From an uncultured Acidobacteriota bacterium (GTDB taxonomy: Bacteria > Acidobacteriota > Thermoanaerobaculia > UBA5066 > DATFVB01): DNA of 64,000 nt. The notes beneath the pieces were generated by a model, which had not been told where the DNA came from, did not search any database, and worked only from the letters and a program-made list of their open reading frames with translations. Location of the stretch: assembly GCA_963813155.1 (NCBI GenBank), contig CAWEYG010000002.1, positions 608,001 to 672,000 of the forward strand. Reading direction: 5' to 3'. Positions 49,292-62,112 of this stretch are shown here, piece by piece (position 1 is the stretch's first letter; every line of letters begins with the position of its first letter). Both the position numbers and the translations under genes were made by a program.

Positions 49292-50539
49292 CTACCGGAA
49301 GCGGATCTTCGCGAAACGGCGCTTGCCGACGCGCAGGCGAATCTCCGAGCCCGCGGATCGAGAGACGGCGAACTTCGGATCGGTGACGCGCTCGTCGTTC
49401 ACGTCGACGGCGCCCGAGGAAATCAGGCGCCGCGCTTCCGCGACCGACGGGGCAAGGCCCGCCTCGGCGAGGAGTTTCGGAAGGGCCCCCTCCCCCGCCG
49501 CCGGAAGAGCGATCTCCTCGGCATTCGCCGGGTCTTCCCGCCGCGAGAAGACGCGGACGAATTCCTCCTGTGCGGCCTTCCCCGCCTCTTCGCCGCCGTG
49601 GAAGCGGGCGACGATCTGCCGCGCGAGGCCTTTCTTCGCGTCCATCGGGTGGAGGCGCCCTGCCGCGACGTCGCGCTTCCGGTTTTCGACGTCTTCGGCG
49701 GTCTCGTCGGTCAAAAGAAGGTAGTAGCTCCACATCGTCTCGTCGGAGATCGACATGATCTTGCCGAACATCTCGCCGGGCGGGTCGTTGACGCCGATCG
49801 CGTTGCCGAGCGATTTCGACATCTTCTCGACGCCGTCGGTCCCGACGAGCAGCGGCACCGTCATGACGACCTGCGGTTCGAGGCCCTCCTCGCGCATCAG
49901 GTCGCGCCCGAGCAGGAGGTTGAAGAGCTGGTCGGTGCCGCCGAGCTCGACGTCGGCCTTCAGCGCGACCGAGTCGTAGGCCTGCGACAGCGGGTACATC
50001 AGCTCGTGGAGGGAGATCGGCTGGTGCGCGCTCCAGCGCCGCGCGAAATCGTCGCGCTCGAGCACGCGCGCGACGGTGATCCGCGAGGCGAGACGAACGA
50101 ACCCGTCCGCGCCGAGCGGCGGCCGCTTCTCCGGGCCGCCCCCGAGAAACCACTCCGAGTTGTAGCGGATCTCGGTTTTCTCCGGGTCGAGGACCTTGAA
50201 GCACTGCGCGGCGTAGGTCTCCGCGTTCTTCTCGATCTCCGCGCGCGTCAGCTGCGGGCGGGTCGACTTCTTCCCGCTCGGATCGCCGATCAACCCCGTG
50301 AAATCGCCGATCAGGAAGATCACGCGGTGGCCGGCGTTCTGGAAATGGCGCATCTTCAGCAACAGCACGGTGTGTCCGAGGTGGATGTCGGGAGCCGACG
50401 GATCGAAGCCGACCTTCACCGTCAGCGGTTTCGCTTCCCGTTTTGAACGCTCCAATTTTCGCTTGAGATCAATTTCATCGATCACATGCGTGCAGCCCTT
50501 TGTCAGGGCTTCGTAGTTGACGTCATCCGGCCAAGCCAT
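49292..50539 (-). CDS. tyrS: Tyrosine-tRNA ligase
   Basis: GFDPSAPDIHLGH, GDFTG.IGDPSG, YPLSQAYDS, GGTDQ.FN, KMSKS; S4 domain. Confidence 0.96.
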   Translation of the reverse strand: MAWPDDVNYEALTKGCTHVIDEIDLKRKLERSKREAKPLTVKVGFDPSAPDIHLGHTVLLLKMRHFQNAGHRVIFLIGDFTGLIGDPSGKKSTRPQLTRAEIEKNAETYAAQCFKVLDPEKTEIRYNSEWFLGGGPEKRPPLGADGFVRLASRITVARVLERDDFARRWSAHQPISLHELMYPLSQAYDSVALKADVELGGTDQLFNLLLGRDLMREEGLEPQVVMTVPLLVGTDGVEKMSKSLGNAIGVNDPPGEMFGKIMSISDETMWSYYLLLTDETAEDVENRKRDVAAGRLHPMDAKKGLARQIVARFHGGEEAGKAAQEEFVRVFSRREDPANAEEIALPAAGEGALPKLLAEAGLAPSVAEARRLISSGAVDVNDERVTDPKFAVSRSAGSEIRLRVGKRRFAKIRFR

Positions 50540-50642
50540 GTTCCGGGCATTATTTCCCAAGACCCTTCAAAACGGGAGAGAACTCTCGGCCGCGTCCGGG
50601 AGCCGGCGTAATCCGCCGCGGATCTCCGTCGTCCAACGGAGG

Positions 50643-51383
50643 ATGGCGCGCGTCCGGCTTCTCTTCTCGGCTCTCTTCCTTTTCGCGGCCTCGGGAATCC
50701 CCGGCGCGGCTTTCGCGGCTCCCTGCGTTTCCGACGCGACGACGCTCTGCCTCGGCTCGGGACGGTTCCAGGTCCGGGTCGACTGGCAGGCGCTCGACGC
50801 GGGCACGAGCGGGCAGGGGCAGGCGTCGCCGCTCACGGCCGCGTCCGGAAGCTTCTGGTTCTTCGACAGCTCCAACCTCGAGCTCGTCGTCAAGGTTCTC
50901 GACGGCCGGGCGATCAACGGCCGGTTCTGGCTGTTCTACGGCGCGCTCTCCAACGTCCAGTACACGATTACGGCGACCGACACGCAGACAGGCGCCGTTC
51001 GAACCTATTTCAATCCGCAGGGAACGCTCGCGAGCGCCGCCGACACGTCGGCCTTTTCCGACGCTCCGGCCGGATCTCAGACGGTCACGATCGACGTCTC
51101 GCAGTGGAACTACAACCCCGGCGGTCCCGTCTCCGGTCCGCTGGTGCTGACCGTCGGAGTCGACTACACGCTGGTCTTTCACTCGATCGACGTCCAGCAC
51201 GGGTTCTCGGGGATTTCCGATCTCGGCATTCCGGGCACCGACGACATCTCGCCGGGAACCGAATTCTCGGTGCGCTTCACTCCCCAGGCCTACCAGCGGG
51301 GGAGCTATTCCTTTCAGTGCACCCACGTCTGCGGCGATTTCGACTCGCACCTCGGAATGACCGGAATACTTCGGGTCCAGTGA
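50643..51383 (+). CDS. Secreted protein: lineage-typical N-terminal domain fused to a CuA-type cupredoxin
   Basis: Signal peptide; C..D.TTLCL...RF.V.V.W...FWFFD..N.ELVVKVLDG...NG.FW; then SQW.Y.P, DVQHGF, FQCTHVCGDFDSHLGM. Confidence 0.72.
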   Translation: MARVRLLFSALFLFAASGIPGAAFAAPCVSDATTLCLGSGRFQVRVDWQALDAGTSGQGQASPLTAASGSFWFFDSSNLELVVKVLDGRAINGRFWLFYGALSNVQYTITATDTQTGAVRTYFNPQGTLASAADTSAFSDAPAGSQTVTIDVSQWNYNPGGPVSGPLVLTVGVDYTLVFHSIDVQHGFSGISDLGIPGTDDISPGTEFSVRFTPQAYQRGSYSFQCTHVCGDFDSHLGMTGILRVQ

Positions 51384-51399
51384 CCGTTAAAATCCTTCT

Positions 51400-52566
51400 G
51401 TGGCGGAAATCGAGGACCTCAACCGGCTGATCGCCGACCTGAACGCCGGCGCGGAGCCGGGAGATGCGTCGCTCGAGGCGGAAAGCGCCCTGCTGTCGGA
51501 GGTCTCCGAGCCCGATCCGCGGCTCCATCGGTGGCTCGCCGCCATGATCGCCCGCAAGGCGACCGACCTGTTGCTCGTCGCCAACCTTCCGCCCGTGCTC
51601 CGCCGGGGCTCCTCGGTCGAATTCCTCGGAGACGACAAGCTCGAAGGCTCAGACATCGAGCGCGTGCTTTTGCCCGCCCTGAGCCCCGGACATCGCAAGG
51701 ACTATCGGGAACGCTCGAGCGCCGACCTCTCCGTGAAGGCGGAAGGCACCCGGTTTCGGGTGAATCTCCACCGCGAACGCGGCCGCGCCGCGGCGGCGAT
51801 CCGCGCCCTTCCGTCCGAAGCTCCGTCGCTGGCTTCGCTCGGGCTTCCGCCGGGCGTCGAGAAGCTCGTCCGGCTGCCCCACGGGCTCGTCCTCGTGACG
51901 GGGCCGACGGGTTCCGGCAAGACGACGACGCTCGCCGCGCTCGTCGGCGAAATCAATCGGACCGCCTCGAAGCACATTCTCCTGATCGAAGACCCGATCG
52001 AATACGAGCACGCTCACCGGAAATCGATCGTCGAACAGATCGAGATCGGCAGCGACTCCCCGGATTTCGCGTCGGCGCTGCGTGCCGCATTGCGGCAGGC
52101 GCCCGAAGTCATCGTGGTCGGCGAAATGCGCGATCCCGAGACGATGTCGATCGCGCTGGCCGCGGCCGAGACCGGGCACCTCGTCTTCTCGACGCTGCAC
52201 ACCTCCGACGCCGCGGGGGCCGTGGCCCGCATCGCGGACTCGTTTCCGCCCGAGAGGCAGTCCACCGTGCGGCAGGAAATCGCGATGGCGCTCGCGGCCG
52301 TCCTGTCGCAGCAGCTCCTTCCGCGCGCGGACGGCACGGGACGCATCGCGGCGGCGGAGCTGCTCCTCGTGACGTACGGGGCGCGGCAGCACATCCGGAA
52401 GAACGCGCTGCAGCATCTGCACCAGGAGATCGCGCTCTCGCGAAAGAACGGGTCGGTGTCTCTCGAAGAGTCGCTTGCCGCGCTCGTCGGCCAGGGTCTC
52501 GTCTCGCCGGAAGACGCGCGCGCCCGCGCGAATCATCCGGAAGAATTCGACTCGCTGCGGCGCTGA
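51400..52566 (+). CDS. pilT: PilT/PilU-family ATPase
   Basis: RFRVNL, GPTGSGKTTT, EDPIEY, LRAALRQAP.VI.VGEMRD.ET, AETGHLV.STLH. Confidence 0.88.
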   Translation: MAEIEDLNRLIADLNAGAEPGDASLEAESALLSEVSEPDPRLHRWLAAMIARKATDLLLVANLPPVLRRGSSVEFLGDDKLEGSDIERVLLPALSPGHRKDYRERSSADLSVKAEGTRFRVNLHRERGRAAAAIRALPSEAPSLASLGLPPGVEKLVRLPHGLVLVTGPTGSGKTTTLAALVGEINRTASKHILLIEDPIEYEHAHRKSIVEQIEIGSDSPDFASALRAALRQAPEVIVVGEMRDPETMSIALAAAETGHLVFSTLHTSDAAGAVARIADSFPPERQSTVRQEIAMALAAVLSQQLLPRADGTGRIAAAELLLVTYGARQHIRKNALQHLHQEIALSRKNGSVSLEESLAALVGQGLVSPEDARARANHPEEFDSLRR

Positions 52567-52641
52567 CCCGGCGCGGCTGTCACTCCCGCGAAAGCGGGAG
52601 TCGCTCTCGGCGATCGACCAGGGGAACCGCTCGGGCGATCC

Positions 52642-53678
52642 TTTGATTTCACAAACGAAGTGCAACACCTTCTGATGGGGGTGCTGCGATGGGGCGCCAA
52701 TACGGGCAGCTTGGGATCCAGGAACGGTGTGAGATTGCCCGGCGTCGCTGCGCCGGGCAATCGATCCGGCAAATCGCGGCAGGTCTGGATCGCGCGCCAT
52801 CGAGCGTTGCTCGGGAGCTGAAGCGCAACAGCACGACGTCGGGCGGGTATCAGCCCGTTTACGCCGGTCAACAGGCCAAGGCACGGCGCTGGACCGGCAG
52901 CAAACTGTTGCGTCGGCCCGACCTCCAGGCTCTGGTCTTGGACCGCCTCAGTCAGGGATGGTCGCCGCAGGAGGTCGCCGGCAGGCTCGCGCGCGAAGAA
53001 GGCCGGCCGGTTGTCAGTCATGAAACCATTTATCGCTTCATCGCCGCTCAGATCGCTCGCACCAAGGATTACTCCTGGCGGCTCTACCTCCCCCGCGGCA
53101 AGAGCAAGCGCGGCCGACGCTCCCCAAAACACGGCAACTCGACCGTGCACATCCAAAACCGTGTCCCCATTGCTCTGCGACCCCCAGAAGCCAGCGACCG
53201 AACCAACCCTGGCCATTGGGAGGCCGATCTCATGCTCTTTGCCACCTATGGGCAGGCCGTCTTGGCCCTTCACGAACGTACTTCTCGACTGACGGTTATC
53301 CTGCGTCAACAAAGCAAGGCCGCCGCACCTCTTGTCTCTACCATCGAAAATCTTCTGCGACCTCTTCCCCCGTCCCTGCGCCGCACCGTGACCTTCGACA
53401 ACGGAACCGAGTTCGCTTTCCATCACCGCCTGGGAAAAACCCTCGGAGTCGAAACATTCTTTTGCGATCCACGGTCTCCTTGGCAGAAGGGCGGAGTCGA
53501 AAATGCCATCGGCCGGCTTCGTCGCTTCCTCCCCCGAAAAACCGACCTGGCAGTCCTTCCCACGAGCCTAATCCTCCGCCTTGCCCAGCTCTACAATCAC
53601 ACACCTAGGAAATGCCTTGACTTCCAAACCCCGGCCGAGGTCTTCTCTCATCTGTTGCACTTCAAATGTGAATCCACC
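52642..53678 (+). mobile_element. IS30-family insertion sequence
   Basis: IR cores TGATTTCACAAACGAAGTGCAACA and TGTTGCACTTCAAATGTGAATCCA (19/24 match); 3-bp TCC direct repeats at 52639-52641 and 53679-53681; lower GC. Confidence 0.9.
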
Positions 53679-53699
53679 TCCCCGCGTGCGCGGGGATGA
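52689..53699 (+). CDS. IS30-family transposase
   Basis: HTH SIRQIA..L.R.PSSV.REL.RN; WSPQEVAGRL, SHETIY, GHWEAD, TFDNGTEF, PWQKG..EN, N.TPRKCL...TP.E. Confidence 0.95.
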   Translation: MGRQYGQLGIQERCEIARRRCAGQSIRQIAAGLDRAPSSVARELKRNSTTSGGYQPVYAGQQAKARRWTGSKLLRRPDLQALVLDRLSQGWSPQEVAGRLAREEGRPVVSHETIYRFIAAQIARTKDYSWRLYLPRGKSKRGRRSPKHGNSTVHIQNRVPIALRPPEASDRTNPGHWEADLMLFATYGQAVLALHERTSRLTVILRQQSKAAAPLVSTIENLLRPLPPSLRRTVTFDNGTEFAFHHRLGKTLGVETFFCDPRSPWQKGGVENAIGRLRRFLPRKTDLAVLPTSLILRLAQLYNHTPRKCLDFQTPAEVFSHLLHFKCESTSPRARG

Positions 53700-53717
53700 C
53701 TTCGCCTCGCGGCGAAG

Positions 53718-54653
53718 TCACTTCGCCGGAAGCGCCGCGAGCATCTCCTTCGATGTCTGCGCCTGGTCGCCTTTCGGCGCGAGCTCGAGGTACTTCTGGA
53801 AGTGCGTGCGCGCCGGCGAGTAGCGCTTCAGGTTGTACTCCGACATCCCGAGCCAGAAGTACGCGTTCGCCATGTCGGGCTTCAGCGAGACCGCCTTGTT
53901 GAAAGATGCGGCCGCGCTCGCATAGTCGCTTGCGGTGTAGGACTCGACTCCCGAGTTGTAGTTGACCTCGGGGTTGTCGGCGTTCGCTTCGACGAATTTC
54001 TGCTTGTAGGCCAGGGCGCTCTTGGTATCTCCCGCCTTCTGCGCGGAGTCCATCAGGATGCCGTACAGGTCGTTGTCTTTCGGGTCGAGCTCGATCAGCT
54101 TTCGGCCGCTCGCGAGCGCCTTCGCATAGTCCTTTCGCTCGTAGGCGAGCTGCGAGAGGACTTTCCAGGCGGACGCGAGATCCGGCTTCGCCGCGACGGC
54201 GGAATCGAATTTCTTCTCCGCTTCCGCCTTGTCCCCCTTCTGGATGAGGTCGACGCCCTCGTTGTACGACGCGACGCCGGGATCGATTTTCGGCGCCGGG
54301 GGCGCGGGAGGAACGATCGGGGGATGGAGCGTGAGGTCGACTTTCGTCTCTTTCGTGCCGTTCGGCTTCATCTGTGTCTGGCTCGGGGAGAAACCGTCCC
54401 TCTGGACGCGGATCGAATACGTCCAGCTCGAGTTGGGGACGTCCGTGGACCAGCGGCCGGCTTCGTCGGACGTGAGCGCGAGGTTGACGGTCGCGAGACT
54501 CGAAGTCGTGACCGTGACCGAAGCGCCGGAAATCGCCTGCCCGCTCTCATCAACGACCGTCCCGGAGAGCCGGCCTTCCGCGGCGAACGCTGCCGACGAA
54601 AACACAAGAAGCGCTCCCGCCGTTACGGCGAGAGGACGTAAAACAAATCGCAT
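53718..54653 (-). CDS. Secreted carboxypeptidase-regulatory-like + TPR protein
   Basis: Signal peptide; GRLSGTVVDESG..I.GA.V; TPRs ending FQKYLELAP. Confidence 0.8.
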   Translation of the reverse strand: MRFVLRPLAVTAGALLVFSSAAFAAEGRLSGTVVDESGQAISGASVTVTTSSLATVNLALTSDEAGRWSTDVPNSSWTYSIRVQRDGFSPSQTQMKPNGTKETKVDLTLHPPIVPPAPPAPKIDPGVASYNEGVDLIQKGDKAEAEKKFDSAVAAKPDLASAWKVLSQLAYERKDYAKALASGRKLIELDPKDNDLYGILMDSAQKAGDTKSALAYKQKFVEANADNPEVNYNSGVESYTASDYASAAASFNKAVSLKPDMANAYFWLGMSEYNLKRYSPARTHFQKYLELAPKGDQAQTSKEMLAALPAK

Positions 54654-54713
54654 CTCGAGAGGTCCTCCCTGTAGGCGGATTCTAGAGAGAAAACAGCCAA
54701 AATCAAAGGGTTT

Positions 54714-58396
<3,683 letters not shown>

Positions 58397-58400
<4 letters not shown>

Positions 58401-60286
58401 GCCCGCACGCTCGACTCTTCGGAAGCGCCCGCGGCGCGGCGGGGAACCGCCTCGAGAATCTTCTCGACGAGCGCGTAGCGCTGCATCGGCATGATGTGGA
58501 TCCCCGGCGCGATCCCGGCGATCTCGGCCGCGAGCTCCCGCGCGATCGCGAGCCCTTCGGCGGCCTCGAACTCGGCTCCCTTTTCGGACGCCCTCCGCAT
58601 CCGCGCGATCGTCTCGTCCGGAACGACCATTCCGGGGACCTCGTTGGCGAAATAGAGCGTCTGCTTGAGAGTTTTCAGCGGAATCAGCCCGATGAGAACG
58701 GGGATCTCGTTCGCTTCCGGCCGCCGAAAGAACGTCTCCAGCGCGGCCGGATCGAAAACCGGCTGGGTCTGGGCGAACGTCGCGCCCGCCTCGATCTTCG
58801 CACGGAGCTTGGAGAACTCGACTTCGAGGTCGCGCGCGGCGGGGTTGGCCGCGCAGCCGATCGCGAACGCCGTCGCGGCGCCGATGGGATTGCCGACGAG
58901 ATCGGAGCCGGCGTTCAGGATCTTCGCGATCCGGAGCAGTCCGAGCGTGTCGACTTCGGACACCTGGTGGCCGTTGGGATAATCGCCGATCTTCAGCGGG
59001 TCTCCCCCGAGGCACAGGAGCGCCTTCAGGCCGAGGCCGGAGGCGCCAAGAAGGTCGGACTGGATCCCCAGCACGTTGCGGTCGCGCGTCGTGAACTGGA
59101 CGACCGACTCCAGGCCCGTTTCGCGCTGGATCAGGCCGGCGACCGCGATCGACGACATCCGCAGGCGGGCCATCGGGTTGTCGGTGACGTTGACCGCGTC
59201 CACGCCGAGGGCCTTCAGCTGTCTCGCCGCGAGGATGGAGCTCGAGCAATCGGCGCCCTTCGGCGGCTCGACCTCCACGGTCACCGTGAATGATCCGCGC
59301 GTCGAAAGCTTCCTCTTGAAATGGGAAGTTTCGATCGCCGTTTGCCGCCGAACGGTCGGGAATCCGTCCGCCGGCGCCGCCTCGGCCGAGACCGCGAGCG
59401 GACGTCGCGACGCGCCCGCGAGGGCTCGCGCCATGGCGCGCGTGTGCTCGGGCGTCGTTCCGCAGCATCCCCCGACGATCGCGGCGCCCTTGTCGACGAA
59501 CTCGAGGGCGTACTCGCGAAAGTAGTCCGGCGAGGCGTTGTACACGTTGCGGCCGCGGATGAGGGTCGGGTAGCCGGCGTTCGGCATCACCGAGAGGGGG
59601 GCCGGGACCCGCGAGGCGACCTGGGAAAAGACTTCGAGTGTCTCCTGCGGCCCCAGGGTGCAGTTGATGCCGGCGGCGTCCGCTCCCGCGGAGACGAGCG
59701 TGTGCAAAGCGTCGGCCGCGCGCTCGCCGAACGCCGTGCGCCCGTCGCCGAAAAACGTCATCTGCGCGACGATGGGAATTTCGGGCGAAAGCCCGCGCGC
59801 CGCGCGGACCGCCTCGGCCGCTTCGAGCAGGTTTCCGAACGACTCGAGCAGGAGGAGATCGACTCCCGCTTCCAGCAGAACGCGGATCTGCTCCTCGAAG
59901 ATCTCGCGGACCTGCGAGAGCGAGAGCGCTCCGTAGGGCTTGACCATCGCCCCGAGCGGACCGACCGACGCGGCGACGAAGATGTGCTCACCCGAGGCCG
60001 CCTCCCGCGCGAGTCGAACGCCCTCGCGGTTGATTTTCTCCAGCGAGTCCGCCCAGTCGTGCTCACGGAGTTTCACGCGGTTCGCGTCCCACGTATTCGT
60101 CGTGAGAATCCGCACCCCCGCGTCGGCGTAGTCTTCGTGGATCTCGGAGACCGTCTGGGGCGCGACGACGTTGAGAGACGACCTCGCGCTGGAGGGCTCC
60201 GCTCCCCTCGTGACGAGGAGCGTTCCCATCGCCCCGTCGGCGAGGAGGATTTCTTCGGCAAGTGCTTTTCGAAACGATGCGGTCAT
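58397..60286 (-). CDS. yitJ: Bifunctional homocysteine S-methyltransferase/methylenetetrahydrofolate reductase
   Basis: [25 protein letters not shown]; [18 protein letters not shown]...QSDLLG, KIEAGA.F.QTQP. Confidence 0.92.
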
Positions 60287-60287
60287 G

Positions 60288-60321
60288 AAAAAAGCCCCTC
60301 ATGCGTAAGTCGATGAGGGGC
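60288..60321 (-). terminator. Riboswitch expression-platform terminator that also covers the SD
   Basis: GCCCCTCAT-loop-ATGAGGGGC-T6, then C and ATG 60286. Confidence 0.8.
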
Positions 60322-60345
60322 AGTTCTTCCGGTTCTTTCGCGAGC

Positions 60346-60489
60346 CTCTCATCTGTCCCCGCGATCAGCTAGCCGCGATCGGCTACCGGATCCGCCGGGG
60401 TGGGATTTGGCACCTGACGCTTTCCGCGCGATACGGAACCCGGTTGCCGCGGCTTCGCAGGGCCCATACCCTCCGCCGCTCTGGATGAA
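60346..60489 (-). ncRNA. SAM-I riboswitch
   Basis: TTCATCCAGAG...GAGGG..TGGGCCCTGCGAAGCC.CGGCAACC...AGGTGCCAAATCC...AGATGAGAG, upstream of methionine synthesis genes. Confidence 0.93.
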
Positions 60490-60506
60490 ATCAAAGATCC
60501 GAAGTC

Positions 60507-60536
60507 ATGCTACGCGGCGTCCGGACGCCGTGTCAA
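60507..60536 (-). promoter_or_regulatory. Sigma70 promoter of the riboswitch-yitJ-metH transcript
   Basis: TTGACA, 18 nt spacer, TAGCAT. Confidence 0.7.
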
Positions 60537-60700
60537 GCATTCCGGTTTCGGGAATCGATGTCCGAAAACCGGAAATGCCCTTGCCCAACCCCTGCCGAGA
60601 GAATCCATGAACTCTTTGTCGAATAACGAGTTGTTTCCATGATCCCGAGGGCAACGGTCGGGACCGGCTCTTGCTCCATCCCGGAGCCGGGAGGCAGGAA

Positions 60701-61081
60701 ATGCGAATTTCGATGATCGGACACCAGTACCAGATCGACATGAAACGCTCGACTTTCCGCTGGGAGGAATCCGCCGCCGACACGAGACAGGGCTCGGGAG
60801 TGGAGTATCACGTCGACCTCCGCGGGAAGGCGGACCGGAACTGGCGCAAGACGTTCTATCTCGTCCAGTGGGACTACTTCGGTCAGTTCAAGTTCCACCT
60901 GAGAGAAGACGGAAAGGCGATTTCCTTCCATCGCGGGACGGACGAATCGCTCGACCACGAGGAAATGCTCTTGAAGGCGCTCGAAGTCCTGATGAAGATC
61001 GTGAACACGAGCGCGTCGAGAAAGCCCGTGGAGTTCCTCAGGGCCGAAGGCCAGTTCCAGGGAGCGGCTCTCGCCGTTTGA
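60701..61081 (+). CDS. Hypothetical protein
   Basis: GGAGG SD; normal codon usage; stop overlaps the next ATG. Confidence 0.6.
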   Translation: MRISMIGHQYQIDMKRSTFRWEESAADTRQGSGVEYHVDLRGKADRNWRKTFYLVQWDYFGQFKFHLREDGKAISFHRGTDESLDHEEMLLKALEVLMKIVNTSASRKPVEFLRAEGQFQGAALAV

Positions 61082-62079
61082 TGATGCGAATTCTGATTGC
61101 CGACGACGATCCCCTTTCCCGGAACGTCCTGGAGAAGTCGCTCGCGGATTGGGGCCACGAAACTCTCACCGCAACCGACGGAATCCAGGCGTGGGTCTCG
61201 CTCCATCGGGACAACCGGCCCTCGATCGCGATCCTGGACTGGCACATGCCCGGAATGGACGGCATCAAGATCTGCCAGCAACTGCGGAAAGAAGCTTCCG
61301 GCAACTACGTCTACGTGATCGTTCTCACCGGAAAGAAAGAACGAAAGCACCTGATTCAAGCCCTCGAGGCCGGGGCGGACGATTTCGTTTCGAAGCCCTT
61401 CGAGCCGGCGGAGCTGCAGGCCCGCCTGCAGGTGTCCCGAAGAATCCTCGAGCTCGAATCGGCGCTGATCGCCTCCCGCGAGGCGCTGAAGGCGGAGGCG
61501 ACGCACGATTCGCTCACGGGAGCCTGGAACCGGGGAGCGATCCTCGGATTCCTGGAGCAGGAGCTCGCGCGAGCGCGGCGGGACGGCACCTCGGTGGCGA
61601 CGATGCTGTTCGACCTCGACCATTTCAAGCTCATCAACGACCGGTACGGACATCCCGCGGGAGACGCGATGCTTCGGGAATTCGTTCGGCGAACGGAGGC
61701 AACCGTGAGGTCCTACGACGCGGTCGGGCGCTACGGAGGGGAAGAATTTCTCGTCGTTCTGCCGAACTGTGGCACCGAGAACGCGATCCCTCTCGCGAAC
61801 CGGATCCTGTCCACGGTCGCAAAGACCTCCGTCTGCGACCGCGAACACGAAATGGGAATGACCGCGAGCGCGGGAATCGCTTCGACCGAAGGCGACCCCG
61901 AGAGAACTGCAGATGACCTTCTCCGGGAAGCCGACAAGGCCCTGTACCGGGCCAAGCACGCCGGGCGAAACCGCGCCGCGGTCGCGCCAGGCGGGGAGAT
62001 CGACGTCACTCCCAACGTCGTCATTCCCTGGAGAACGGGGAAAGCGGCGGGCCTCAGCCTTGCGGCCGCTCTTCCTTAG
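61081..62079 (+). CDS. Response-regulator diguanylate cyclase (REC-GGDEF)
   Basis: RILIADDD, ILDWHMPGMDG, GADDF.SKP; HDSLTG..NR, DLDHFK.IND, RSYD I-site, GGEEF. Confidence 0.92.
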   Translation: MMRILIADDDPLSRNVLEKSLADWGHETLTATDGIQAWVSLHRDNRPSIAILDWHMPGMDGIKICQQLRKEASGNYVYVIVLTGKKERKHLIQALEAGADDFVSKPFEPAELQARLQVSRRILELESALIASREALKAEATHDSLTGAWNRGAILGFLEQELARARRDGTSVATMLFDLDHFKLINDRYGHPAGDAMLREFVRRTEATVRSYDAVGRYGGEEFLVVLPNCGTENAIPLANRILSTVAKTSVCDREHEMGMTASAGIASTEGDPERTADDLLREADKALYRAKHAGRNRAAVAPGGEIDVTPNVVIPWRTGKAAGLSLAAALP

Positions 62080-62112
62080 GGTTCTTTTTTGTCTAAACTA
62101 AGTCGTCTGGCG

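Larger units (their letters stand above)
52579..53700. repeat. dRS3-like REP element interrupted by the IS30
   Basis: Left GTCACTCCCGCGAAAGCGGGAGTC (52579-52602). Right hairpin ATCCCCGCG-TG-CGCGGGGATGAC is restored when the IS is removed. Confidence 0.75.

Noticed and set aside
51400-52566. Type IV pilus or secretion locus
   Set aside because: Only an orphan PilT-like ATPase; no pilin, PilB, PilC or secretin nearby.
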